DNA from: Eledone cirrhosa
Taxonomy: Eukaryota
NCBI GenBank assembly: GCA_964016885.1
Contig: OZ024745.1
Coordinates: 91,450,001 to 91,514,000, forward strand
Length of the DNA: 64,000 nucleotides
Reading direction: 5' to 3'
Below, piece after piece: positions 41,944 through 56,211 of the stretch (positions are counted from its first letter, which is position 1; each line of letters starts with the position of its first letter). Made by a program: the position numbers and the translations under genes. Under the pieces are notes generated by a model. The model did no database searches. It was not told the DNA's origin and was given only the letters and a program-made list of their open reading frames with translations.

Positions 41944-43162
41944 GTAAATGTTTTGACTCTTGGTGTTTAACCCTTTAGCTAGCAACCCAACCAAAACCAG
42001 CTCTGTTTCTACAAAATAAAACCACCTATTTTAAAGGTTTCCAATTTATATTAAAATCTTCCAACATAATTTTATATAAGAACCTTACATTAAGTTACTA
42101 CCTTAGTAATGAAATAATTAATCATTTTCATAAATCCCTAAAAGAATTCTTCATTAATTAATTAAAAGAGAGTGTATTTCATTAGAAATGTAGTCATGAA
42201 AGGGTTAAACCTTTTGTTACCAACCTGGCCAAAACCAGCCCTGATTCTATGAAGTAAAATCATTCATTTTAAAGGTTTCCAATTTATATTAAAATCTTCC
42301 TTAGAAATCTTCATTAGAAATGTGGTCATGAAAGGGCTAAATGTATTAGCTAGCTATTTTTTGTGGAGAGTCTTGAACTTAATGATGTCATTTCTCTCTT
42401 TGCAACACTTGCAGGATGGCAAATTAATGAAATAATGTTACTTAGGTAATACCACTGCATGGTCCCTATTATCAGCCTGCTGAACTGTACCAACAAAAAT
42501 GAAATGTCTTTGTCACCAACTTACCCCAGTTCAAGTGATAGAATACAAAGTGATATTTGATATATAATGTGATATCTGTGACTCGTTTATGTATGGTCAA
42601 CGCTCCCCTGAGTGCATAGAAGAGGTTGTCATGTCATTGACACAACTGAGGGTCCACCCAACCCTTTGTTTAGCAAGCTTTCTATGACTGGATGCCCTTC
42701 CTATCACCAACCACTTTACAGCATGTACTGCGTGCATTTATCATGTAGATCACCAACACTAGGGAGGTTGTCGTGTCCTTGACACAACTGAGGGTCCACC
42801 CAACTCTTTGTTTAACAAGCCTTCTATGGCTGGAGGCTCTTCCTATCACTAACCACTTTACCGGATGTACTGGGTATATTATTATCCATGTGTATTCAGT
42901 TTAGAATAGATACACCATATCCCTACATGTAAGAAGTGACTAAAAAGGTTAGTGTGAGGAAGGGCATCCAACTGTATAATATTGCCTCAAACAGTCCCAT
43001 CCAACCCATACCAGTATGGAAAAGTTTGACATAAAAACGATGCTGATGATGATGATGTAAGACTTTCTAGGCTAGTACTTTCCAGTTCACAATGTTTTAT
43101 ATCACGTTCATCACATTTTCAGATTAAACTTAAACATTGATTACCTATATTGATTTTAGGTT

Positions 43163-43700
43163 ATGTAGGTGTCATGACAAAAAGCACCCTGCCCACACTA
43201 TAAAGTAGTCATGTGACTGTCACAACAAAAAACGCCCAGCCCACACAGTAAAGTGGTCATGTAAGTGTCACAACAAAAAATGCCCAGCCCACTCTGTAAA
43301 GTGGTTATGTAAGTGTCACAACAAAAAGCACCCAGTTCACTCTGTAAAGGGATTGTGCAGGTGTCACAACAAAAAGCACCCAGTACACACTATAAAGTGG
43401 TCGTGTAGGTATCATGACAAAAAGCACCCAGCACACACTGTAAAGTGGTCGTGCAGGTGTCATGACAAAAATCACCTAGCACACACTTTAAAGTGGTCAA
43501 GTAGGTGTCACGACAAAAAGCACCCAGTCCACACTGTAAATGTGGTTGGCGTTAGGAAGGGTATCCAGCTGTAGTAACCAAGCCAAAATCAGTTCTGTAT
43601 GAGCAAGACATGGTCATCTGACCTGGCATTTCTCACAACAGGACAACTCATCTAACCCATGCTAGCATGGAAAAATGGATGTTAAACGGTGATGATGATG
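43163..43700 (+). repeat. 42-bp minisatellite (~9 units) expanded within a SINE/RTE 3' tail
   Basis: tgtaggtgtcacgacaaaaagcacccagtccacactgtaaagtggtc units; the unit also occurs in the RTE 3' UTR at 58498-58590. Confidence 0.85.
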
Positions 43701-43836
43701 TTGATATCTATATTGTGTTGTATATTTTTTAGAGAAACAAACATATGCTGCCATCCTTAAAATGTTGGAAAGATTTGTTTTAAGTTGACATTTTCTTTAT
43801 TATTTGTTTAAAATCATCAATATTTTTTCATTTCAG

Positions 43837-44077
43837 GGAATACCAAATTGGAAGAAATATCGGGAAGATATTATAATTTGTGTTGAGAATATTCTCAAAC
43901 CTTTACCAAATGGTAAAGCAGAAATCCCTGATAATGTATGTCCTGATCTTTGGACTAAAATAAATAATAACTTCATACAGAATAAGAATAAAGAAGAATT
44001 ACACCTGTTGATTATCATTGATGATAACATGTATTACCAAGGAATGAGATATCCTTTTTATCAATTGGCCAGAAAGT
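43837..44077 (+). CDS. PSTK: PSTK coding exon 2
   Basis: tttcag|GGA; WKKYR...LLIIIDDNMYYQGMRYPFYQLARK is the PSTK DDN.YY..MR...YQLARK motif; donor T|gtaagt, phase 1. Confidence 0.95.
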
Positions 44078-44639
44078 GTAAGTTTCATTACTCTTTATCA
44101 TTGGGGAGATACAGATTAGTCCCTGCTTGGTATGTATTTTTAAAAAATCATTAATGTTAATCTACTGATTAAATGGTTCTGAATTTTAACCTTACTATAG
44201 TAATGTGGCTATAGTGGAGGTACGTGGCCTAGTGATAAGGGTGTTGGACTTATGATCATAATGTCGTGGGTTCAATTCCTGAGTTGTGTGTTGTGTGTTG
44301 TGTTCTTAAGCAAAATACTTCATTTTATCTTGCTCCAATATACTCCCCTGAAAATGAATTTCAGCAATAGCTAGGGGGTTTAACCCTGTGATGGACTGAG
44401 GTCCAGTCCAGGAGGGTGTCTTGAACTCTCAGTTGCTTCTCAGCATGAAACAGGGATAAGCACCAGCTTGCTGAGCCGCCTGGCTTGAGACAGACTTTAG
44501 AAACTAGACTAGAATGTGGACATAGGCATAGCTGATTGGTTAGGAAGTTCACGTTGCAATTATAAGGTCCTGGGTTTGATCTCATTATATGGCATTTTGT
44601 GTAGATGTCTGTATTATAGACTCAGATTGACACATGTAC

Positions 44640-44985
44640 TATGTGAATGTGAGAGAAAAGCAGAGCTTGGATGAACTGAGGGAGAAACTGAGTTTAAGAG
44701 GAACCTGAGGTGGTATGCAGGAGAGAAGACTGCATTGGTATGGACATGTGATGTTTATGGATGATGATCAATGGGTGAAGAAGTGCCAGGAAATCACAGT
44801 GGTAGGAAGTCGCAGTGGAGATAGACCAAGAAAGATCTGGGCAGAGGTGTTGAGAGCTGATCTCAAATTACTGAGATTCAGAAGAGATGATGAAGAAATG
44901 TGGTGAGTTGAGAGATGCCATGCTGAGAAGGGCCTGTCCAACCCATGCAATCATGGAATAATGGATGTAAAATGATGATGATGAT
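44640..44985 (+). mobile_element. RTE LINE 3' fragment
   Basis: MQERRLHWYGHVM..DDQWVKKC...RPRKIW; (GAT)n tail. Confidence 0.8.
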
Positions 44986-45137
44986 GGAAACTGTAGAAGC
45001 CCGTCAGATAGACTATACCTGACCCAAGCCTTGTGAGTGAAATTGTAGATGGAAACTACCTAGAAACCGATCAGAAAGGTGAAGCCTTGTTACATATTAT
45101 GTCATGCTGATTCAGCTTCAGAATTACGCTAAGTGTA

Positions 45138-45464
45138 CAGTTGTCCCCTGGTATTTGTGGGGGTTATGTTCTTAGAGCACCCATGAAGAGTGAAAAACTA
45201 CAAAATATTGGACGTGGTCCATAAAAATACCTATAAACGTCAAAACATAACATAAAATATAGGCCAGAAAATACAGTATATTGTTATAAATAATTTAACA
45301 TGAAAAAGTGTGAAAAATATATATTGTCACAAAAAAACCCATAAAAAATCGCAGAAGATATTTACGATTCTGTGAATATGCAGTGGTTTGCACGAACAAT
45401 TATTAGTTAGGTTCTAAGGAAAATTCTGTGAATAACCAGGGCTGTGAATGTCAGGGGTACACTG
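45138..45464. mobile_element. Tigger/pogo-like MITE with TA TSD
   Basis: ta-cagttgtcccctg...caggggtacactg-ta. Confidence 0.8.
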
Positions 45465-46920
45465 TATACATGTCTGTGGAATACTCAGCCACTTAAATAT
45501 TTCTTCATTAGCTGGACATTCAGATGATTGAACAGCTGTATGGTCACTGTAAAAACCAACAGATGACTCACCATACTTGCAATACTGTTGCGACTGTAGG
45601 TCAGATATATAACTTTCTTTGCCTTACTCTGTGGAGCTCTTATTGTATTCCTCTCCCACTTCAGAGTTAAATGGTTGACAGAAAGATAAACAAATGCACC
45701 TAGTTGTTTAAAAGTATTGATCTCAAAATATACAAATACTTAAGTTTATACAAGGCCATCTTACTTGTGTTAGAGTAAAAAAAAAACATTTTTGTATCTG
45801 CTTTTTTTTAGATTTTTATTTTCCATTCAATATTCTATTATTAATTAATGTAGCAGCTATATTCAAGTGTAAAGTTTGGGGTGGTGTGTTACTGACGGAG
45901 AGGGTCTTGAAATGGATCTTGGGAATGGTGTGAAGATGGAAGGTGTATAAATGTTTTGGAGATAGGTTGAATGGAGAAAGTGGATCAGGCTTATTGACAG
46001 TAGATAGAGTGATATGTGTATGGCAGAAGTTCTGGGAACTGAGTGTTGTGCTAATGAGGAGGGCAGTGTTGCTGAAATTGAAGGAAAAGAAAAGGTGTAT
46101 GTTGCACGTGTGAAAAGTGCCATGATTTATGGGAGCGAGTCATGGGTGAATGAACATACAGCAGTAGAGAAAATTGGAAAGACAAATTAGAATGATCTAG
46201 TGGATGAGTAGAATATTCCTGAGAGAGAGTAAGGCAGTCCCTCTGCATCCTCCAAGGTGATGTTGAGCCTCTGGAGATCTTCCTTGATGACATCTAGCTA
46301 TCTGGAACATGAGTAAGGCCCTGGTAGGATCTGGTGGCAGATTGAGGACGACTACCATGACCAACTCTAACAGGTTTCAGGACAAAATCCTACGCCATGA
46401 GATCACAACCATCCTGACGGACTCCAATGCTACCATCTATTTTTTATCAACTTGCTAACTTCAAATGAAATCTACCTAAAACTTTGCAATTCTCTGGTTA
46501 CCCCCTCCCCCTGCACAGTTGTGCATCTGCTGAAGTACTATAAAGTGAAATGGTTTTTATCAATCAACAATGGATGAACATGACACCCAGAGCATAATGC
46601 TGCAAATATTTTCTCTAAATTATATATACATCCTACTTATAGCTTATTCAATAGAGTTAGTGCTCTATTTCACCCCCTCTCTCTCTCACACACACATTCA
46701 CATATACACACACACACACACTCACACACACATACACACATTCCAGTCATATTTACAAAAAAGAATTTCCTTCTTTATATTTCCTTCATTAGTTAACAAT
46801 CACTATGAGGTGGTTGGCATATTAGGAAGGGCAAGACACAGTCAGCTGATCTGTCTATCCTCAAAACATGACAGTTATAAGCAGATTGCTTTGAATATTT
46901 TTGGCAGGTGCAGATGTTCG

Positions 46921-47180
46921 TAATTTTCTGACGAAAATGACCAAATTTTCTGACAAAGATGACCTAATTTTCTGACAAAAATGACCTAATCTGACAAAGA
47001 TGACCTAATTTTCTGACAAAATAACTAATTTTTCTGACAATAATGACCAAATTTACTGACAAAAATGACCTAATTTTCTGACAAAAATGACCTAATTTTC
47101 TGACAAAAATGACCAAATTTTCTGACAAAGATGACCAAATTTTCTGACAAAGATGGCCTAATTTTCTGACAAAAATGAGT
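46921..47180. repeat. 22-bp minisatellite, ~12 copies
   Basis: aattttctgacaaaaatgacct repeated. Confidence 0.95.
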
Positions 47181-47761
47181 AAATTTTGCAACAACTAATT
47201 TTTCAGGGTGTACAACTGCATCCTCACACACTCTCAGCAATATTGGTGACAGCACATTTAATATGTGAGCATGTAAAATAGATGTAACACAGCTGTGGTG
47301 GTGGGGATTTAACCTTAGGCCAGTCCAGATTAAGAAGACATAAACTAGAACATACCAGCCATGGCTCTGCTGTATTATTCAGGTATCGTGTATCTAGGAC
47401 TACATTATTTAATGTATCCTATCATATCTTATAATCTTTAAAAATATGAAGAACAACTGGAACTTTCATCATTGGTTTGCTTAATTAGGGGCCTGGAGAG
47501 AAATTTTACAAGGTGGAACAAGACTGCTTACAGGTACATGGTGAGTGCTCCTCTCAAAATTCAAGAGGGTTGTAAAAATGTTTTTTTGAAGGGTGGGCTG
47601 TATTACTAGAGTCCTCCCTCTCCTTTCTTCTGTGGGCTCAAGACTGATATACCTGGTGACCTTCACTCTTGTAAGTGCTACTTGGAGCTAAATAACAACA
47701 GCAAAAACACCAGCTTGCTTCCATTTTGTTTTTCTCCCTTTTCATATATTCCACATATGGT

Positions 47762-48409
47762 CAGGGTCAGATTTAATGGGGGGGGGGGGGGGGGGGGCAA
47801 TTGCTCTGGGTTGGTAGAGGAGTCATTAAGATGTCGGAGAGAATGCTTTACGGTATTCGTCCCACCTACTGTGGTATTGTGTTCTTTGTTTCTGTTATTT
47901 AAAACCAAAGTATACATGTGTGTGCCTGCAAGCTTGTTTACAACACACACACACTTACACAGGGCTGGATTTAATGGGGGGGGGGGGGTCGCAAAGGGGG
48001 CAATTGCCCCGGGTCCCTTAATGTGGGAGACCTCACCAATGACGGCCGTAGTAATTTATTTGTGTCCTCAGCTGGGCTTTTTAGTTTTAGGATGGTTAGA
48101 ATGTTTTAATGTAATACCTGAATGTATAACTTTTCAATTCCAATTACTTGAGCCAAGCTAACTTTGATATGTAAAATGGGGGAGGTTTGCTGTGTATTCT
48201 AACATATTGTGTATGAAAGGCCCTCCACAAACCTGAAGTTCCCCGGGGCCTCCAAGGTCTAAATCCAACCCTGCCCCAATGAAGTAAAAGGAGAGTGCAA
48301 TGATGACAAAAACTCCATTGTCAACTTTTGCGTATGTGCTCTCCTAAACCTGAATTGCCCCGGGCCCCTCCAAACCTTGGACTCCACCCCAGGTCTAAAT
48401 TCAACCCTA
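47762..48409. mobile_element. hAT-like MITE with a related element nested inside (47960-48273)
   Basis: Outer ends cagggtcagattta/taaattcaacccta with TSD catatggt/catatagt; inner cagggctggattta/taaatccaaccctg. Confidence 0.7.
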
Positions 48410-48599
48410 CATATAGTAATCAGTGTTTTCATGACATGGTTTGGGCATGTTTACATGATGGCAATATGAGATGTTTTGACCATCAGTACTAACTTTGTAT
48501 TGCATTAAAGATTGATTTCTTTTGACTGTACATGGCATCAAGCCATATTTTATGTGGAGAAGAGGGGAAAATGTTGACTGATTTGTCTTTGATATGTTT

Positions 48600-49125
48600 G
48601 TGTTGTTGTTACTACTACTACTACTACTACTACAACCACCACCACCACCACCACCACCACCACTACTACTACTACCACCACTACCACCACTACCACCACC
48701 ACCACCACCACCACCACTACTACTACCACCCCCACTCCTCCTCCTACTACTACTACTCCCACTACTACTACTACTCCCACCACTACTACTACTACTACTA
48801 ATTTCTCTTTTTTTTAACTCTTTCATCAGAGAGAGAAAGGGAATACCTATGACCCTTTTCTGGTCCTCTAACAGAGATGGGTGAGAGGGACAAAGATATC
48901 CTTAATTAACCCTTTTATGTGGTACTGGTTGTGGTGGTGCTGCTGGTGGTGGTGGTGATGATGGTGGTGGTGGTGTTGATGATGATGATAGTGGTGGTGG
49001 TGTTAGTGGTGATGGTGGTAGTGATGACGATGGTGGTGGCAGTGTTGCTGCTAGTGGTGGTGGTGGTGGTGTCAGTGGTGATGGTGGTAGTGATGATGAT
49101 GATGATGGTGCTGCTGCTGGTGATG
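48600..49125. repeat. Trinucleotide microsatellites (CTA/CCA)n then (GGT/GAT)n
   Basis: Seen directly. Confidence 0.95.
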
Positions 49126-49332
49126 ATTTTTTTCCTCCTCCTTTTTAACCATACATTTTTAGTATCAGCCATTGTATTGTCTCTAAGTAAAACACACCTT
49201 TGTTAGTTCCTAACATAAAATAGGTAGGCACTCCTATGTCATGGTTGAATGGATATTGTTTTACAAAATATCCACCACATTTCAAACTGTAAAAATAAAT
49301 AAACGTATTACTCATTTTTCCTTCTATTTTAG

Positions 49333-49525
49333 ATAGCATCGGATTTTGTCAAGTTTATCTCGTATGTGACATAAAGATGGCAATGGAGCGGAATAAACAT
49401 CGGACTACCCCTGTACCAGAAGAAGTGATTCACACCATGGATTTAAAGTTTGAACTACCTTCACCATCGCAAAGAAGCTGGGAAGTACATTCCCTGTGTA
49501 TCAAGGATCAGAATGTTTGTTGCGT
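49333..49525 (+). CDS. PSTK: PSTK coding exon 3
   Basis: ttttag|AT completes TAT: YSIGFCQVYLVCDIKMAMERNKHRTTPVPEEVIHTM...PSPSQRSWE (lid RN..R); donor GT|gtacgt, phase 2. Confidence 0.92.
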
Positions 49526-50410
49526 GTACGTTGATATATCTTCCCTTGTGTCACATCTATGTCAGCTATATATTTGGAAATTCCTAGAAGGGGTGTGGCA
49601 AGTTAATATAATATTGGGTTATAACATTACATCAACTTTATTCAATAAAAACCTACTATAGGCATTCTGAGCCAACAAGGCAACCTCTACATAGTCACTC
49701 AACCAGCTAGAAAGAGCAGCCAAATCTCCTATGAAAGAGAAGGACACATTAGATAATGTAGTCTTAGATACCTCCTAAAAATACTATAATGGTCAAGGCT
49801 AGAATGCTTTTTGATCATAGGTCTGCTTGGTTAGGCATTTTGTTGCGCCTTAAACTTGATTTTACATTGCTACTTTAGTTTGGAATTTTGGGAGAAGCTT
49901 TTTTTAAATTCATTTCTGCCCATGTCTCATGCTGAAATAGATGAAACAGGTTTTTATGCCTTCAATCTATCACTAATAGTCATCCTGTTTTTTCATTCTT
50001 CTTTTCACCTTTCAATTTATAAATATGTTTAACATATTTGAAACTCATGTACTAAAATTGATGGTTATCTGTCATTATTTAGTTGTCAAGAATAGGTACC
50101 AGATTATCTAAAATGGTAGACTGACATCGTATCCTTGATGGATATCTATTTATCCTTGATCTACTTAACATAACGAATCTGAAGCTGAGAATCAGCACTT
50201 GAAGATCATTTGGAGCTCTTGATCTGCTTAACATAACGAATCGGAAGCTGAGAATCAGCACTTAAGATCATTTGAAGCTCTTTGGAAGCATTTAATTATT
50301 TTTTTTTAATATGTTTTTATATAATATCTGCTTGGGAATTACCGTATTTCACAGAATCGAAGACGCTACTTTTTAAAAATAATCACCTCTCATGCCTTCT
50401 TTTTACACAG

Positions 50411-50577
50411 GGAGGATATCATGGCTTTAGTTGACAGAGCTAGACAAAACAAAGCAGCACCACTTTCAGATAATGAAGAACTTAGTCAGATCAGTCGTGT
50501 CAAATGTTCTATTAGCACGTTGCATCAAGCAGATCAAGTCCTAAGAAAGCTGGTTTCAGGGAAAATGTCTGTTTTAG
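50411..50577 (+). CDS. PSTK: PSTK coding exon 4
   Basis: ttttacacag|G completes GTG; SRVKCSISTLHQADQVLRKLVS matches the PSTK HQ.D..LRK.VS motif; donor G|gtgaga, phase 1. Confidence 0.92.
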
Positions 50578-50639
50578 GTGAGAACTTTTTGGAGAAGGTT
50601 TTTTTTTTGGGGCGTCGATGTATTTATTTTGCAAGTTTT

Positions 50640-50930
50640 TTTTAATATAAAATCATGTGTTGAAACAGATATTGTTATATTTAGGGAGGGTCATGTTGTT
50701 CAAATATTACGAAAAATAGTAAAACACACTCACTGTTTGGTTTGGTTTTCGCTTCAGTATATTTTTATATTTTTATAGATAATTTAGCTGGCGATCAATG
50801 TTTAACATTGATTGACCAACAGTAAAAAATATAAATATAATTTCTCAAAGTTCTTTCATCGCACATTTCTGTGACATCTTCAGTGATTATCACAGTTTCC
50901 TCCTATTGTGTTTCTATAATGGTTTTTGGG
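50640..50930 (-). mobile_element. Diverged solo PLE pseudo-LTR (family of 9700-9945) with degenerate hammerhead at 50845-50886
   Basis: Minus: tcaCTGAAGAtgtcacagaaatgtgcgatGAAAgaactttga...acatgaccctccc...aacaatatctgtttcaacac. Confidence 0.7.
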
Positions 50931-51354
50931 GTTGTCTCTGCTTTTTTTTTTACTTACTCAGCTTTCCATTTCTCATGCTCATCTCTTAACATCCTTTAAT
51001 GATGTTGCAGAAAATATCTAAAAACAAGTTTATTAATTCAAATGTTTGTAGTGTCTTCATTGGTGGACAGATTGTTGTGAAAAATTTGCAGCAGACTAAA
51101 GATTCATGTTATGCAGTCATAGTGTTGTTTTATACTTTTTTTAAATGTCTGACATGTAGTTTCATGTGGTACAGGATGTTAAGATTGAATGAGTCAACAT
51201 GTTTAATAATTCTCTTCACCTTTCAGTCTTAATTTCTACTTGTTTAACAAGTTTGAAACATACTGACTAAAAGTGATATTTGTCTATTTTATCATCTGTC
51301 ACTACTTTAACCACACTACGTCTCGTAGTATTTTATATGTATACTGTTGTCATT

Positions 51355-51974
51355 GTAATGATGATGATGGTGGTACTGTTGGTGTTGTTGGTGGTGGTAG
51401 TGTTGGTGGTTTGTTGGTGCTGATGGTGTTGTTGTTGGTGGTGGTGGTTGTGGTGGTGTGGAAGAGATGATGGTTGCGTTGGTGTTGTTGTTGGTGGTGG
51501 TGATAGTAGTGGAGATGTTGGTGGTAGTGTTGGTAGTGGTAGTGGAGGTGTTGTTTTTGTTGTTGTTGGTAGTAGTGGAGGTGGTGTTGGAGGAGATTGT
51601 GTTGTTGAAAGATATATCTCCAGTTGGCTCAGCTTGAGCAATCTATGTCATAACTAGAGTTAGAATACCTCATGAATCATTCAGTCAACATTTCTCTAGC
51701 TATTTAATTTTATAAGTAGAGATATCCTGAGATATATAACAGTAGCAGAAACTATACTATATATTACTAAGGATTGTTAGGGAATGAAACTGTGGCTATT
51801 TTCATGTTGTATCATCATTATGATCATCATTATCATCATCATCATTATCATCACCATTATCATCATTATCATCATCATCATCATTATCATTATCTTCGTC
51901 GACGTCATCAACATCATCATCACCATCGTCATCATTATCATCATCTTCATAATCATCGTCATCATCATCATTAT

Positions 51975-52006
<32 letters not shown>

Positions 52007-52029
52007 TCTTCATAATCATCATTATCACC

Positions 52030-52063
<34 letters not shown>

Positions 52064-52083
52064 TCATCTTCATAATCATCATC

Positions 52084-52154
<71 letters not shown>

Positions 52155-52230
52155 TATCACTACCACCATCATTATCATCATTGTCATCACCATTGTCATC
52201 ATCATCATCCTCATTGTCATTGTCATCTTC
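51355..52230. repeat. (GGT/TGT)n and (CAT/CAC)n microsatellites
   Basis: Seen directly; source of the poly-His/Met/Ile pseudo-ORFs. Confidence 0.95.
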
Positions 52231-53300
52231 ACCCTAGCAAGGGTTGGACTAAGACACTGGAACATCAATATTCAGCATTTCACTGTAAATCCTGCCAAAT
52301 GTCTAAACACAGCATGAGGTTGCCCTCACCTATAAAAGAAAACAGAAATCCCCCCATCCTCTCATTCAGTTACAGATTTTGATAACAAAGTTGACAGTAG
52401 CTATTGGCAACTCATGGCTATAGTCCAGTCACTATGATGATCTGTCTCTCTTAAATATCTTTGAGTCTCAAAGGATCAAGATTTGTGATACATTGTATTG
52501 TACATTCTATGCCCCCACCCCCCACCCACTGTAAAGTGGTCCTGTAGGTGTCACAACAAAAAAGCACCCAGAACTCACTGTAAATGAGGTTGGTGCTAGG
52601 AAGAGCATCCAGCTGTAGAAATCCAGCCAAAATCAGTTCTGTTTGAACAAAACATGGTCATCTCACCTGACCTGACATTGTCCACAACAGGACAACTTGT
52701 CTAACCCATGCTAGTGTGGAAAAATGGATGTAAAACAGTGATGATGATGATTCTTTAATGATGATGGTGGTGGGGATGATAATGTTGGTGGAGATGGTGG
52801 TGGTGTGTTTATATATTTTGTATAAATATATTTTATATATTTTGTTAAAATCCAAATAAATATGATAAAAATAATTAAAAAAAAAAAAAATATATATACA
52901 CATGTCTGTATATATGTGTGTGTACATGTGTACACATCGTGTGTGCATATACATGTGTATATATGCATATATATGTATTTGTATGTGTATATATGTATAT
53001 ATACATGTATATATATAGATGTGTGTGTATATATATATGTATATATGTGTATCTATGAGTATATATATATATATATATGGATGTATATATATATGTGTGT
53101 GTGTGTGTATATATATATGTATGTGTGTATATATATATGTGTGTGTGTATATATAATATATATATATGAGTGTATATATATATGTCTGTGTATATATGTA
53201 TATATATATATATATGTATATATTATATATATATATATGTATATGTAAACGGAAAAAATGAAACAAAATTTCATTTCTCACTCTTAGTACGGCTGTTACT

Positions 53301-53957
53301 TAAATATAAGTATGCATACGTACATACATATATGTATACAGATGTACAGTAGTATGTATATATATTTACATACATGCACACATATATATATGTGCGTATG
53401 GATTCACCGAACATTTATTATAATGCTCGGTATGTTTGTAAACAAACATCCCGAATTAAGCCGTACAGTGTCTAGCAACCATCGTTGCTCATTTGTTCAA
53501 CACTGACAAAGGAACACTGTACTAGTTGCAAGCTTATTAGCTATCGTCAGCAACGTATACCTTCCTGCCAGATGATTGAAGTTCTGAAAGTATATACTTT
53601 CCTTATGCATATTAACGATATGCAAATTAGGCTGCTCAGCCGTTAATATGCATAAGGAAAGTATATACTTTCAGACGTTCAATCATCTGGCAGGAAGGTA
53701 TGCGTTGCTGACGATAGCTAATAAGCTTGAAACTAGTACAACATTCCTTTGTCAGTGTTGAACAAATGAGCAACGGTGGTTGCTAGACACTGTACGGCTT
53801 AATTCGGGATGTTTGTTTACAAACACACCGAGCATTATAATAAATGTTCGGTGAATCCATACGTACATATATATATGTGTGCATGTATGTATATATATCT
53901 ACATACTACTGTACGTCTGTTAATATATATGTATGTACGTATACATACTTATGTTTA
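53301..53957. repeat. Fold-back element: ~317-bp inverted arms (53301-53617 / 53641-53957), 23-nt loop
   Basis: Arms are reverse complements; a further copy of the left-arm region lies at ~55817-56075. Confidence 0.92.
53702..53744 (+). ncRNA. Minimal type I hammerhead (family E); mutated mirror copy at 53515-53556
   Basis: GUUG - CUGACGA - U AGCU aaua AGCU U - GAA - ACUAGU (palindromic stem III) - A - CAAC. Confidence 0.82.
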
Positions 53958-53991
53958 TATATATGTATATATATATATATGTATATATATG

Positions 53992-54067
<76 letters not shown>

Positions 54068-54370
54068 CATATATATATATATGTATATATATACAGTATT
54101 TACGTATCGAGAGAGAGAAAAAAAGGGGAGGATAGGTGATACATATAGTTATTTGCCAAGTAGCGTATGCCAAAGGTGCTCAATACTAATGCCGGCAGTA
54201 TTAAATATTCGAAGTGTTAATATTTATGTATATATAAGTAGAAGTGGTATTTGATTTGTTGGAAGTCCGACAAACATAAATGTTTATAACTGATTTAGCA
54301 CTCAACATATTACTGGAGTAATTATTCAATGATATTAAATAAATGGAAACTATATTTATAAAACCATATT

Positions 54371-54433
54371 TATTTTATTATATATATTTCAAGGGTACCA
54401 AGACACATTGGTACGCTTTCATCAGATAAAATA
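54371..54433 (-). ncRNA. Type I hammerhead with extended stem II (family F)
   Basis: UAUUUUAU - CUGAUGA - AAG c GUACCAA uguguc UUGGUAC c CUU - GAA - AUAUAUAU - A - AUAAAAUA. Confidence 0.85.
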
Positions 54434-54516
54434 CAAAGTTTGTTTTATAAATAGAGACATACCCATGAAAATCATACCTTAGCAGTTGGAAATTCATATA
54501 TATACATAGATATATA

Positions 54517-54547
<31 letters not shown>

Positions 54548-56076
54548 ATGTATATATGTATGTGTGTCATCATCATCATCATTTTCCCTGCTTGCAAGGG
54601 AATATATATATGTATATATATATATATATATATATTATTATTATTATATATATATTCATCATCATCACCGTTGTACGTCTGTTCTTCCATGTTAGCATGG
54701 CTTAGACGGGTTGTCCTGTTGTGGGCAGTGTCCGGTCGTCTGACCTTGTTTGCTCATACAGGAACTGATTCTGGCTTCATTTCTACAGCTGGATGCCCTT
54801 CCTAACACCAACCTCATTTACAGTGAGTGCTGGGTGCTTTTTTCCGTGGCGCCTACACATCCACTTTACAGTGTGGGCTGGGTGCTTTTTTGCCGTGGCA
54901 CCTCCATGACCACTTTGCAGTGGAATGATAGAGACTCCAGTCCTATCATCTCATTTCTACAGCTGAGTAAACTGGAGCAATGTGAAATAAAGTGTCTTGC
55001 TCAAGGAAACAACACATCACCCGGTCCGAGAATTGAACTTACCACCTTTCGATTGCAAGCCCAATGCTCTAACCACTAAACCATGCGCCTTCACATATAT
55101 ATATATTATTGTGAGGCTGCTCTTGAGTGCTACTGGTAACAGGCATTGCACGATGGCATTAATTAATAATTATTAATAATGTTATACTCGATAACGAGGA
55201 GGCAGCCATTATATATATATATATATGTATATGTATATATATATATGTATATATATATGTATATATATATATGTATATATATATATGTATATATATATGT
55301 ATATATATGTATATATAAATGTATATGTATATGTATGTGTATATATATATGTATATGTATGTGTATATGTATATATGTATGTGTGTATTTGTAATATATA
55401 TATATATATATGTCATCATTTCATTTTACGTCCGCTTTTCCCTGCTTGCAAGGGTGGGACGGGAACTGATCCTGGCTTGATTTTTAGAGCTGGATGCCCT
55501 TCTTAACACCAACCTCATTTACAGTGAGTGCTGGGTGCTTTTTTGCCGTGGCACCTCCATGACCACTTTGCAGTGGAATGATAGGGACCCCAGTCCCTAT
55601 CATCTCATTTCTACAGCTGAGTAAACTGGAGCAATGTGAAATAAAGTGTCTTGCTCAAGGAAACAACACATCACCCGGTCTGAGAATTGAACTCACAACC
55701 TTTCGATTGCAAGGTTGCCAGATTGTTGAACGTATATACTTACCTTATGCTTACCTTATGCTAAGTAGCCCAATTTGCATATCGAGTGGGTTAATCGGCC
55801 GGGTGCACCGAAAACGATAAACGGAAAAAATGAAACGAAATTTCATTTTCCACTCTTAGTATGGCTGTTACTTAAATATAAGCATGTACACGTACATACA
55901 TATATGTATACAGACGTACAGTAGTATGTATATATATATACATACATGCACACATATATATATGTACGTATGGATTCACCGAACATTTATTATAATGCTC
56001 GGTGTGTTTGTAAATAAACATCCCGTATTAAGCCGTAGTGTCTAGCAACCATCGTTGCTCGTTTGTTCAACACTGA

Positions 56077-56116
<40 letters not shown>

Positions 56117-56211
56117 CTGTGTGCGTGTATATATATGTGTGTGTGTATATATATATATTTGTATATGTGTATGTATGTATATGTATGTATATATGTATAT
56201 ATATATATATA

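Noticed and set aside
36836-47180. CRISPR-like arrays (60-, 42- and 22-bp repeats)
   Set aside because: Head-to-tail repeats without unique spacers in eukaryotic DNA; no cas genes
51774-52382. Histidine-rich 202-aa ORF resembling a His-rich structural protein
   Set aside because: (CAT)n microsatellite inside a PSTK intron, open in multiple frames
56089-56211. N-terminus of the 762-aa ORF
   Set aside because: Microsatellite read-in; the LINE is 5'-truncated and has no native start or endonuclease
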